Shown: positions 51,834-64,000 of the stretch, in pieces | How positions within the stretch are numbered: position 1 is the stretch's first letter | How the letters are laid out: every line of letters begins with the position of its first letter | Assembly: GCA_964477385.1 (NCBI GenBank) | Contig: CAYZHQ010000012.1 | Span: 21,180-85,179, forward strand | DNA from: an uncultured Pirellulaceae bacterium | Lineage (GTDB): Bacteria; Planctomycetota; Planctomycetia; Pirellulales; Pirellulaceae | DNA length: 64,000 nucleotides | Direction: 5' to 3' | Position numbers and translations under genes: made by a program | The notes under the pieces: generated by a model | What the model was told of the DNA's origin: nothing | Databases searched by the model: none | The model's input: only the letters and a program-made list of their open reading frames with translations

Positions 51834-52077
51834 GATCTTATATCTCCCTTGCAATTGCTATCAAATTGGTTCCGAAAGGTACCACAGACGGCTGCCTTCG
51901 CAGACCACCCCACGGCTTGCGGATCGAAAAACCGTGGCCACGTCGATGTTTCCATGTTGTTGTGCGTCCCCCCTCGCCTGTACACTTCGCAGCGGTCGCT
52001 GGACTGCCGTACCAAGGATGGGCGGCTGAGTGCGGCGCAACGGCAACTTGCTCCTTGTAACTTAGGCGTCGTCACGG

Positions 52078-53139
52078 ATGACAGAGCCCCTTCAGCGATC
52101 AGAATTTGCGGCCCCGCAACCGGCCATCGAAACGCCCCTGGAACGCTTGCGTTTTGTGCGCCAGATCGTCGCTGCCGAAGCCGCTGCGCTGCGGAATGTT
52201 GCCAATCGGCTGTCGCCAACAGCGGTCCGTGCAGCGGAATGGACCGCCGCCACCGAGGGCATGGTCGTGGTGACGGGGATCGGCAAAGCGGGTTTGATCG
52301 GTCGCAAATTGGTCGCGACGCTGGCCAGCACGGGGACCCCGGCTCAGTTCTTGCATCCCTCCGAAGCGATTCACGGGGATTTGGGCATGGTGCGCAGCGA
52401 CGACCTTGTCTGGGCACTTTCCAACAGCGGCCGCAGTGATGAAGTGCTGCAGATTTTGCCCATGTTGCGGCAGCAATCCGCCGGCGTCGTGGCGCTAACA
52501 GCCGACGATCGCAATCCGCTGGCGGTCGCGGCCGATTGTGTGGTCAGCTTAGGGCGTCATGCCGAGGCGTGTCCGCTGGGGCTGGCTCCGAGCACCAGCA
52601 CGACGGCCATGTTGGCGGTGGGTGACGCGATCGCCTTGCTTGCCAGTCGCCTGCGAGGGTTTTCTCGTGACGACTTTGCCCGTTTTCACCCCGGCGGCAG
52701 CTTGGGAAAAAAAATGACCAGCGTGGAGCAACTGATGCGACCGCTGGCGGAGTGCCGCATCGCGTCCCAGTCCGCCACGATTCGCCAGGCGATGACAGCC
52801 ACCGCCGCGCAAGGCCGGCGCACCGGTGCGGTGATGCTGGTCGACGAAGTCGGACGACTGGTCGGCTTATTTACCGACAGCGATTTGGCCAAGTTGTTGG
52901 AGCGACGTAACGAACATCAATTGGATCAGCCGATTGACAATGTCATGACGCGCGACGTTCAGGCGACGCAAGCCGGAACGCTGCTGGGGGATGCGATTGC
53001 GGTCTTGGCCGGACGAAAAATCAGCGAGCTGCCTGTGTTGGACGAGCTGGCTCGTCCAATCGGCTTGCTGGATATCACCGACATCGTTTCCCTGTCCGAA
53101 CCGCAACGCGCTGTTGTGCCGCTGAAGCCCCGCCACTAG
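52078..53139 (+). CDS. kdsD: Arabinose-5-phosphate isomerase (KpsF/GutQ, SIS + 2 CBS)
   Basis: TGIGKAG, STGTP..LHPSEA.HGDLG, APSTST, FHPGG.LG, CBS pair. Confidence 0.93.
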   Translation: MTEPLQRSEFAAPQPAIETPLERLRFVRQIVAAEAAALRNVANRLSPTAVRAAEWTAATEGMVVVTGIGKAGLIGRKLVATLASTGTPAQFLHPSEAIHGDLGMVRSDDLVWALSNSGRSDEVLQILPMLRQQSAGVVALTADDRNPLAVAADCVVSLGRHAEACPLGLAPSTSTTAMLAVGDAIALLASRLRGFSRDDFARFHPGGSLGKKMTSVEQLMRPLAECRIASQSATIRQAMTATAAQGRRTGAVMLVDEVGRLVGLFTDSDLAKLLERRNEHQLDQPIDNVMTRDVQATQAGTLLGDAIAVLAGRKISELPVLDELARPIGLLDITDIVSLSEPQRAVVPLKPRH

Positions 53140-53189
53140 TCGCCTGTACGCCCGTTTTTTCCACGCGAAGATGTACGACGAGACCTTGC

Positions 53190-53729
53190 ATGAAGAATCC
53201 AGTACTAGCCACCGACGAGGAACTCGCCGCCGGCATCGAGTTGATCTTGTCGGACGTCGATGGCGTCCTGACCAACGGACAAATCATCTACGACAACAGC
53301 GGCGTGGAAATCAAAGCCTTCCACGTGCGTGACGGATTGGGGATCAAACTTTGGCAACGGGCCGGATTGCACTTCGGAATCCTGACCGCGCGCAACAGCC
53401 AGATCGTGCGGATCCGAGCAGCCGAGCTGGGTGTCGAAATCGTGCGGCAAGGATTCGAGCAAAAATGGCCCGCCGCCGCCGAGGTGATCGCAGGGTTGGG
53501 GCTAACGCCCGAGCAAACCTGTTATATCGGTGACGACCTGCCTGACCTGCCGGTCCTCCGCCGAATCGGTTTGCCGGTGGCCGTGGCGGACGCATGTCAC
53601 GATGTTCGCAATGGTGCAATCTGGACCACGCGAGCGGCGGGTGGTTGCGGGGCGGTGCGTGAAGTCATCGAGCGACTGCTGCGCGCCAAAGATCGGTGGG
53701 AAGAAGTCGCTGCGATCAATCCAAATTAG
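53190..53729 (+). CDS. kdsC: KDO-8-phosphate phosphatase
   Basis: DVDGVLT, FHVRDGLG, YIGDDLPD, GGCGAVRE. Confidence 0.95.
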   Translation: MKNPVLATDEELAAGIELILSDVDGVLTNGQIIYDNSGVEIKAFHVRDGLGIKLWQRAGLHFGILTARNSQIVRIRAAELGVEIVRQGFEQKWPAAAEVIAGLGLTPEQTCYIGDDLPDLPVLRRIGLPVAVADACHDVRNGAIWTTRAAGGCGAVREVIERLLRAKDRWEEVAAINPN

Positions 53730-53755
53730 TTCGAACTTTCGACCCGAAACGTTTC

Positions 53756-56700
53756 ATGTTTGCCAAGCTGTTGAACTACTCGATCGCATTCGCCGTGTTG
53801 GCGGTCGTTGCGCTCGTGTACCAGTTCACCATTGTGGCTTGGCTAACACCTCCCGACATCTCGTTTGCCGCGACGGTGAATGTTCAGCAGACGCACGAAC
53901 CGTCCCAGCTGGAACAGATGTTTCCCGAAGGATCGTGGCAACGCACGGCTCGCAAACGGTTGTCGATCAAGGACCAAGGGGTGGTCCTGTTTAGCGAACG
54001 CAAGCAGATTACCCCCAGTCAATGGCGGGTGTGGCCGGTAACGGTGATCATGCAACGAGAAGGCCGTCCGCCGATTGTTTTAGATGCCGCCGAAGGAGCC
54101 GACGTCACCTTCGCCGAATCGCTCGATGTGTTGGGCAGCCAGGCGCCGCCGATCAAAAGTGGTCAACTGGTCGGCAAGGTCGTGATCCGTTCCCTGCCAG
54201 CCGAACCAGGTGGAAAGATTGCACCGAGTGATCAGTTGGAAATCGAAACGCGGGACGTGGGGATCGACAATCGTCGCGTTTGGACCAACGAAGCGATTCG
54301 TATGCGGTGGGGCGAGAGTCGCCTCGAAGGCCGCAACCTGACGATTCGGCTGGCCGGTGGCGGGGACATTCCAACTTCGGGAGGGCAATCCCCGCTGTCG
54401 ATTCTGGACAGCATGGAACTGATTTACCTCGATCGTTTGCAGTTGCCCGTGCCAGCACAAGGTCGGATGCAGCGCAACAGCAACGCAAGCCTGCCACCCG
54501 GCATCGCCTCCATCAAGTGCAAGGGGCGTGTGACGTTTGATTTCGCCACCGATATCTTGAAATTGCGTGATTCGGTGCGCATCGAGCACAAGCCGCATGT
54601 TGGCCCGAGCGATCGGATTGAGTGCGACGTCGTGACGATCGAATTCAACAATCCACTCTCCTCCGAGCTGCCACGTCAGACCGCCGATGATTGGTTGCGT
54701 CGGATCGAAGCGGAGGGGCAACCGGTCATCGTCCGTTTGCCCACCGTCGGGGCCGAAGCGGTTGCCGAGACGGTGCTGTATGACTCCGAACAAGGGGCGC
54801 TCCATGTGCAAGGCAGCGCCGGAGTGCGGATTGCCTACCAAGGGGTGAACTTCCAAGCCACCGATTTCGTCTACACCTTTCCCGTCGAAGACCCGCTCCG
54901 TGTGGGAACCCTCGACTGCAAGGGAAGCGGTTTTCTTGATTTTCAGATGGACGACGAGTTGGCGATTCAAACCATTCGTTGGACCGAAGGCGTCCGCTTA
55001 AAACCGTTGCCCGAAGCCGACTTGCATGAACTGCAGGTCGACGGAAAGGTGACCGCAACCCTCAGCGATGGCGGCAAGGTCCTCGCCGACGCGCTGCGGT
55101 TCGTGTTTCGTCAGTTACCGAATCAGCAACCGGTCCAAGCAGCCCAAAGAAGTCGACCAGCGAATGGCGTTGAGGATGGACCGGCCGGCGAAAAGGGGCT
55201 CGTTGCACAGTTTCGCCCCGAACGAGCATCCGCGACGGGTAATGTGATCTTCGACACTTCGCTGATGTATGCCGAGACCGGTCTGTTGCAGTTGTTTTTC
55301 GATGTTCAAACGCCAGTTACCAAGGCAGGGGCCGAAGCAGGTGTCGCACTGACTCCCGCCTCCGGTGCAACGAAAAGGTTTTGGGTTCGGCAGCCGGGCG
55401 AAGGCGAGCAGACGGTCACGCCGGTGGCACGACCGCGACCAAGCTTGATGGCAAAAACGATCCACGCCAATCTCACCTTGCGTGGACGCGAGATCATCGG
55501 CAGTGACTTGACGGTCGATGGGGATGTCCGTTTGAGGCATCAGATGACAACACCGCGGGCAACTTTGCCGCTGGCCGTTTCGGGTGACAAGATGCGTTTG
55601 CTGAGTAAGGATGGCCACGACACCATCCAGATCCAAGGCAACGCACAGCCGGCTCGGTTTGACCTCGGGGATGGCTATTTTGTCGGGCCGCTAATTTTAA
55701 TCAGCACCAGCGAAAACTATGTCTGGATCAATCAAGCGGGGGAATTTCAAATGCCGACTGCCGTGTTGCCGCAAGGCAATGCGACGGCGGCCATGCGGTG
55801 GGCCGAGCCACCTCGCTGTGCTTGGTCGGGCACGATGGGATTTGACGGACAAACGGTGGAACTTTCCGGCGGCGTGCGTCTCTCGGCGGAGATGCTGACG
55901 GGGATCGAACAGACTCCATGGGACGTGGTCGCGACCGGCGATCGGATGTTGGTGACGCTCGGTACGGCGATTGAAATCAAAGATCCCGCAGCGATGCGCA
56001 GCGCGACGATCGAAGACATCTCGCTGCTCGGTTCCGACACCCAGCCGGTATTCTTGACCGCTGATCAAGCCGATGCCAATCACAACCTACAGGCTCGGCA
56101 TGTGCTCAGTGGGCCCAAGCTGTCGCTGTTGCCGCAAGCTGGCCAACTGAAGGGACCCGGGCCGGGGTGGTATCGACAGTGGGCGCGCACTTCGCCGACC
56201 GGACCGTTTGCCAGCTTCGTGCCCCAAGGGGGACTGATGGGGACCCACCTCGTGTTTAACGAAAGCATGGAAGGCAATTTGGAGAAACAAGAGTTGCGGT
56301 TTCAGCGTGGGGTCCGGATTGGTGTCAGTCCGGTAGCCTCCTGGGAACACGGTTTTGACGCCATCCAAATGGACGCCTTGGCAAGTGGACAAGCAACGAT
56401 CGATTGCCAAACGCTCAGGCTGGCGCAGGCACCTCAGGCGGCCCAGGATCGGCAGCCTTTGGCTAGGCCCTTGACCGGCAATGCTCCCGCTGGCGCCGGG
56501 CCTCTGCAGGCCGGAGCGTGGGAGGTGGAAGCGCTTGGCGGCGTCGTCTTCCGGGCCCGTAACGAGAATGGTCTGTTCGATGTGACGGGAAATCGCGCGT
56601 CGTACGCCGCGGTGAAAGACCTGTTTATTGTCGAAGGGGACGGCCGCCGGCCGGCGACGCTGAAGCAGACGCAGCCAAACGGCTTGCCGGGCATGAACAT

Positions 56701-56809
56701 CGCACTGGGATACTTAAAAATCCGGCCCCAAACGATGGAGATCGACTCCGAGTTGCAAATGGCGTCGCCAGGCACCCTGCCAGCGAACATGCGGTCCCGC
56801 CGCAACTGA
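53756..56809 (+). CDS. Large membrane-anchored beta-rich protein, OstA/LptC-LptA-like repeats
   Basis: N-terminal TM helix; repeated A.G.V-type segments (IEAEGQPV, ASATGNVIF, VEALGGVVF..TGNRASY); directly follows kdsD-kdsC. Confidence 0.6.
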   Translation: MFAKLLNYSIAFAVLAVVALVYQFTIVAWLTPPDISFAATVNVQQTHEPSQLEQMFPEGSWQRTARKRLSIKDQGVVLFSERKQITPSQWRVWPVTVIMQREGRPPIVLDAAEGADVTFAESLDVLGSQAPPIKSGQLVGKVVIRSLPAEPGGKIAPSDQLEIETRDVGIDNRRVWTNEAIRMRWGESRLEGRNLTIRLAGGGDIPTSGGQSPLSILDSMELIYLDRLQLPVPAQGRMQRNSNASLPPGIASIKCKGRVTFDFATDILKLRDSVRIEHKPHVGPSDRIECDVVTIEFNNPLSSELPRQTADDWLRRIEAEGQPVIVRLPTVGAEAVAETVLYDSEQGALHVQGSAGVRIAYQGVNFQATDFVYTFPVEDPLRVGTLDCKGSGFLDFQMDDELAIQTIRWTEGVRLKPLPEADLHELQVDGKVTATLSDGGKVLADALRFVFRQLPNQQPVQAAQRSRPANGVEDGPAGEKGLVAQFRPERASATGNVIFDTSLMYAETGLLQLFFDVQTPVTKAGAEAGVALTPASGATKRFWVRQPGEGEQTVTPVARPRPSLMAKTIHANLTLRGREIIGSDLTVDGDVRLRHQMTTPRATLPLAVSGDKMRLLSKDGHDTIQIQGNAQPARFDLGDGYFVGPLILISTSENYVWINQAGEFQMPTAVLPQGNATAAMRWAEPPRCAWSGTMGFDGQTVELSGGVRLSAEMLTGIEQTPWDVVATGDRMLVTLGTAIEIKDPAAMRSATIEDISLLGSDTQPVFLTADQADANHNLQARHVLSGPKLSLLPQAGQLKGPGPGWYRQWARTSPTGPFASFVPQGGLMGTHLVFNESMEGNLEKQELRFQRGVRIGVSPVASWEHGFDAIQMDALASGQATIDCQTLRLAQAPQAAQDRQPLARPLTGNAPAGAGPLQAGAWEVEALGGVVFRARNENGLFDVTGNRASYAAVKDLFIVEGDGRRPATLKQTQPNGLPGMNIALGYLKIRPQTMEIDSELQMASPGTLPANMRSRRN

Positions 56810-56904
56810 GCCTCCCGGCGGGCGGCGTTTATCCGCAACGCCGATTCGATACGCCGGCACGCGTCGCGGTGTGCTGGCGACGAATGTTGCGGCCATTGGG
56901 GGGC

Positions 56905-57441
56905 CTATTCGGGCGGGCCGGTGATCATGTTCACCCCGACGACGAAGAAGACCGCCAAGCCAATGACCGCTAACAGGATCAGCAGCAGCACCCACCACGG
57001 CAGCCCAGCGCCCTGCAGCTTTTTCTGCAGTTGCTGGTCGTGCTCCATGTCGACTTGGGCTTTATCCAGCAGCGTGTGCCCCAGCAACGTCCGTTCGGCT
57101 TCGGTCTTATACGCTTGATGCCTTTCGCCTGTTTGCGTGTTGAAGCCGCAAGCTAGGCAGAGAATCGCTCCTGGTTTCATCTCCGCGGTACAGCTCGGGC
57201 AGGTGGCTCCCTGGCGATGCTTCAGACCTTCCTCTTCAAAAAGGTCGTCCAAGCCGCCTGGAAAACCGCTTGCCGCCGAGGCCTGCGGTGCGGATGCCGC
57301 ACGCTGGCTTCCGCTGGACGCCGCAGCGGCCGCAGGAATGGATAGCGGTTGTTTACAAGCTGGACAGCGAACGTTTTTGCCGGCCAGCTCATTTTTGACC
57401 TGAAGGGTTTTTCCGCACGCGCAAGTGACGGGAATAGGCAT
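56905..57441 (-). CDS. Double zinc-ribbon protein with C-terminal TM helix
   Basis: MPIPVTCACGK...CPAC and CPSC...CLACG, hydrophobic C-terminus. Confidence 0.85.
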   Translation of the reverse strand: MPIPVTCACGKTLQVKNELAGKNVRCPACKQPLSIPAAAAASSGSQRAASAPQASAASGFPGGLDDLFEEEGLKHRQGATCPSCTAEMKPGAILCLACGFNTQTGERHQAYKTEAERTLLGHTLLDKAQVDMEHDQQLQKKLQGAGLPWWVLLLILLAVIGLAVFFVVGVNMITGPPE

Positions 57442-57686
57442 GGTCGGGTGATTTCGAAAGAGGAGTTCAGCGTGGATGGGATCGAAGACGAGACGAGCGG
57501 TGGGCCGGTGGGAGGGACGCAAAGGGCCAGTGAGAGGGACGCAAAAACGTCCGTAACGCGACGCCTGCCACCAAACCGACCGCTTCAAGTTTACCCTACC
57601 GGGACGCGGATACAATTCGGCCGCTCGGCTGTGCGGAGCTGCCAATGTCAGAAGAAGCGGCTCTCACGGCGAGAAAAGGCCGCTTC

Positions 57687-57701
57687 CTGCCACTGTGACA
57701 G
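57687..57701. promoter_or_regulatory. Near-palindrome CTGCCA-CTG-TGACAG, candidate activator site
   Basis: Imperfect inverted repeat about 120 bp upstream of the sigma54-like motif; related CTGCCA half-sites at 57639 and 57728. Confidence 0.4.
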
Positions 57702-57821
57702 CGGGAAGAACCCCGTTTGGCTCCGTGCTGCCATCATGCTGCCGTGCTGAGGGGGCTTTTTTTCGTACTGAAAAACGTAAACCCTTGCTTGATAGTGCCT
57801 TAGGTTTCCATTTTTTGATTC

Positions 57822-57837
57822 CGGCACACCGCTTGCT
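57822..57837 (+). promoter_or_regulatory. Sigma54 (-24/-12) promoter candidate for groESL
   Basis: CGGCACACCGCTTGCT = GG-N10-GC, close to the TGGCAC-N5-TTGC consensus. Confidence 0.65.
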
Positions 57838-57995
57838 GTTGGGAGGAGTCAGCTGCGGTGGGCTGTCATGCCTGCGCACCCAAAACACTTGTGCAAGCGA
57901 TCGGTCGACTCGACAAGTCCGCCACATTGGCGGGCGGAGCGTCCAACTGCATCGCAAATCCCTTAAGCATTACTACACTCGGAGGCTAGACACTG

Positions 57996-58313
57996 ATGGC
58001 GACTGCCACGAAAGCGAAATCGAAGATTCGGCTGCAACCCATGGGCGAGCGCGTTGTGGTGCAGCGCGACGAAGGCGAATCGACCACCGCCGGCGGCATC
58101 GTGCTGCCCGATTCGGCCAAGGAAAAGCCCGCTCGTGGGACGGTCATTGCCGTTGGCACCGGGAAATTGCTCGACGACGGCAGTCGTTCGACGCCGCAGG
58201 TCAAAAACGGCGAAAAGGTTCTGTTCACCAGCTATGCCGGCGAAACGGTTGAAATCGATGACGTCGAGTACCTCTTGATGCGTGAAGACGACATTTTGGC
58301 TGTGATTGAGTAG
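57996..58313 (+). CDS. groES: Co-chaperonin GroES
   Basis: LQPMGERVVV, TTAGGIVLPDSAKEKP, REDDILAV; GGAGG RBS. Confidence 0.98.
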   Translation: MATATKAKSKIRLQPMGERVVVQRDEGESTTAGGIVLPDSAKEKPARGTVIAVGTGKLLDDGSRSTPQVKNGEKVLFTSYAGETVEIDDVEYLLMREDDILAVIE

Positions 58314-58380
58314 TCCGAGGCGTCGTCCTGCTGCTCATTTCCCGGCTTTCCACTCCACTAACCATCCACTGATTAAGTAA

Positions 58381-60006
<1,626 letters not shown>

Positions 60007-60030
60007 TCCTGATACGCTGTCGAATCATTC

Positions 60031-60117
60031 CAGACGGTTGGCTGCCGCCCCGCAGGCAACCGTCTGATAAAGACCTCGGTGTTCGCAACGCCACCCCACC
60101 GCGACGCCGAGGTTTTT
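60031..60117 (+). terminator. Tandem hairpins ending in an intrinsic terminator after groEL
   Basis: CAGACGGTTG/CAACCGTCTG stem, then AAAGACCTCGG...CCGAGGTTTTT, between convergent genes. Confidence 0.75.
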
Positions 60118-60140
60118 CATGCGCGGTCGTCAGGCAGCCT

Positions 60141-62276
<2,136 letters not shown>

Positions 62277-62373
62277 CGCGGGGGATATTCCAAGAGGAGC
62301 GATCGCGGTCGGCGCTACAGCGTTTCCGACCAGAGGGCTTCTCAATATAGTCGACTTCTCAGCGCGATGACGA

Positions 62374-63999
62374 CTACCGCGTGGTAGCGGGAAGCAACGT
62401 CTGAGGACGCTGGGCAAGCTGCCAGTAAATCAGCGGGCTCTCGCCACGAGCAATCAAAGACGCGCGTTGACGAGCCGGCAAGCCTTGGCGCACGACGTCG
62501 TACAGGTCTCGTAACATCGACTCATTGTCACCGTAGTAACTGTGCCCCAGCAGGCTGAGGTCGATGCCGCTGACGTCGATCGTTTCGATGCCGGGAACGA
62601 TCACCAATTCTCCGCCACTGTCGCCCGCCCGCGCGCTGCCGTGAACCAGTTTTGAAGCTACCAAGGCTTGGTCGTCCGACGACGCATACAGCGTGACCTG
62701 ATTGGCAATCTTGACCAGCGAGGGACCAAAGTCACGTCGGAACTGATCGGCATCCACATCGGGAGCAGCTAAAACGATGCGGTCAAACGGCGCGGGAGAT
62801 TGTGGATCATGCTCCAGCTCGATCTGTTGCATCGCCGCTGTCATGGCACGGTTACCCATGCTATGCGCCACCACATTGATCGACTGGGCCCCGCTCGTTT
62901 CGGCCAGCTCCAGCAAAAACGTTTTCAGATGGGAGACGGTCCAGTCAGCATTGTTTTTATCGATCGTATAGCCCAACAAACTTGCTTGACTGGGCCAGCT
63001 ATAGCAAACCGGCACCCCTTCGAAAGGCAGGTCGACGGCGACCTGCGCGGTCCGTCGCACGGCTGATTGAAAGTCGACGTTGTAACCATGAATGAAGACC
63101 AGCAGGTCGCGGTCGGGTGAACCGGCAACCGATTGCGACAAGCGTTGCTGGAAATCGTTTTCGGATAGCTCCACGGCACTCGATAGGACGACATGCTTTT
63201 CTTGGTCTTCGCGAAATTCCAGCCGCAGCAGGCTGGGGCGTTCGACCACACCACGTTGATGAGAGTTCGGTACGGTGACTTTGCAGATGCCTCGGGCCAG
63301 CGTGCCGCGATCAGCGGTGTAGGTCACGCCATGCTTTTCGATGGGGGCTTGTCCATGCAGTACCAAAACGCCGGAGAAAACACCGGTAGCACACCCTCCA
63401 ACGACCAGCAGAGCGGCCAGTCCGCTGCGAGCACGCGCCCAGCAGAGCAGTGATACCAACCACAGGCAGGCGGTGCAGCCGATCAACGTAAACAAGGTTT
63501 GACGGTCACCGCTCACATGCAGCGCCGACAGCGGCAACTTGCCACGTTGGCGGTCGGTCGCGTAATAGACCTCGACCGTCGCAAACGCCTCGTCGGCATT
63601 TCGAGTCGTTCCGGCAGGTTCGACAGCCGACGTTTCGGGCGTCACCGACTGGGGTGCCAGGGGAGTATCGGTGGAGAGGCTGCGGACAGCCGACGGGGCA
63701 TTCATCGGTTGGAGGCTCATCGACGGTGCCATGTCCGGCGGCATCGAGCTGCGAGTCCGGCTTTGGTTCGTGATTTCGGGCGACTTGGAATACGCGATCG
63801 AAGGCGCGGCTTCCCTATCGGGCGCGGACGCTGACTGTGTTGTAGTGGCTCGGCGATCGGCGGACAGCGAAGGCTCTGAGGGGGGCATCTCGACGATCCC
63901 CTGCGAAGCTCCCGGCACTACCGGTTGCTCCGCAACGGCGTCCTCGTCAACTTCGCGACCCTGTCGTTCGGTCTGCGGTTTCGCGCTACATCCACCGAG
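62374..63999 (-). CDS. DUF900-family alpha/beta hydrolase, probable lipoprotein, 5'-truncated
   Basis: YYATDR, VFIHGYN, YSWPS, AHSMG, LAAPD, LYASSDD.AL, GHSYY. Frame stays open to the window end and reads LGGCSAKP. Confidence 0.88.
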   Translation of the reverse strand, partial: LGGCSAKPQTERQGREVDEDAVAEQPVVPGASQGIVEMPPSEPSLSADRRATTTQSASAPDREAAPSIAYSKSPEITNQSRTRSSMPPDMAPSMSLQPMNAPSAVRSLSTDTPLAPQSVTPETSAVEPAGTTRNADEAFATVEVYYATDRQRGKLPLSALHVSGDRQTLFTLIGCTACLWLVSLLCWARARSGLAALLVVGGCATGVFSGVLVLHGQAPIEKHGVTYTADRGTLARGICKVTVPNSHQRGVVERPSLLRLEFREDQEKHVVLSSAVELSENDFQQRLSQSVAGSPDRDLLVFIHGYNVDFQSAVRRTAQVAVDLPFEGVPVCYSWPSQASLLGYTIDKNNADWTVSHLKTFLLELAETSGAQSINVVAHSMGNRAMTAAMQQIELEHDPQSPAPFDRIVLAAPDVDADQFRRDFGPSLVKIANQVTLYASSDDQALVASKLVHGSARAGDSGGELVIVPGIETIDVSGIDLSLLGHSYYGDNESMLRDLYDVVRQGLPARQRASLIARGESPLIYWQLAQRPQTLLPATTR

Positions 64000-64000
64000 C

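Noticed and set aside
57770..57995. CIRCE element upstream of groES
   Set aside because: No TTAGCACTC-N9-GAGTGCTAA inverted repeat found; TAGTGCC at about 57793 has no matching left arm.

Overview
GC-rich bacterial chromosomal window. Gene content points to a planctomycete, probably Pirellulaceae: two DUF1549/DUF1553 cytochrome c + DUF1501 pairs, a DUF1559 prepilin-like gene with its lipoprotein partner, DUF1573 and DUF1080. It holds about 45 CDS, including nhaR, queG, copA-type ATPase, nagB, kdsD-kdsC and groES-groEL. I found no rRNA, tRNA, CRISPR array, prophage or transposase. Most interesting: (1) a translationally coupled AsnB-like amide synthetase lacking the catalytic Cys1 plus a RaSEA/archaeosine-type radical SAM enzyme, divergent from a FAAL-ACP-oxoamine synthase fusion and queG; (2) a methyltransferase carrying the eukaryotic PRMT motif set; (3) a ~1017-aa OstA-like protein at the lptC/lptA position after kdsD-kdsC; (4) a secretin-N-only protein paired with an EF-hand/P-domain protein; (5) a 32-aa bL37-like ribosomal protein gene missed by the ORF track; (6) two copies of a 105-bp palindromic mobile-like repeat; (7) a sigma54-type groESL promoter with no CIRCE. 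All family calls come from motif recognition by eye; no database searches were run.
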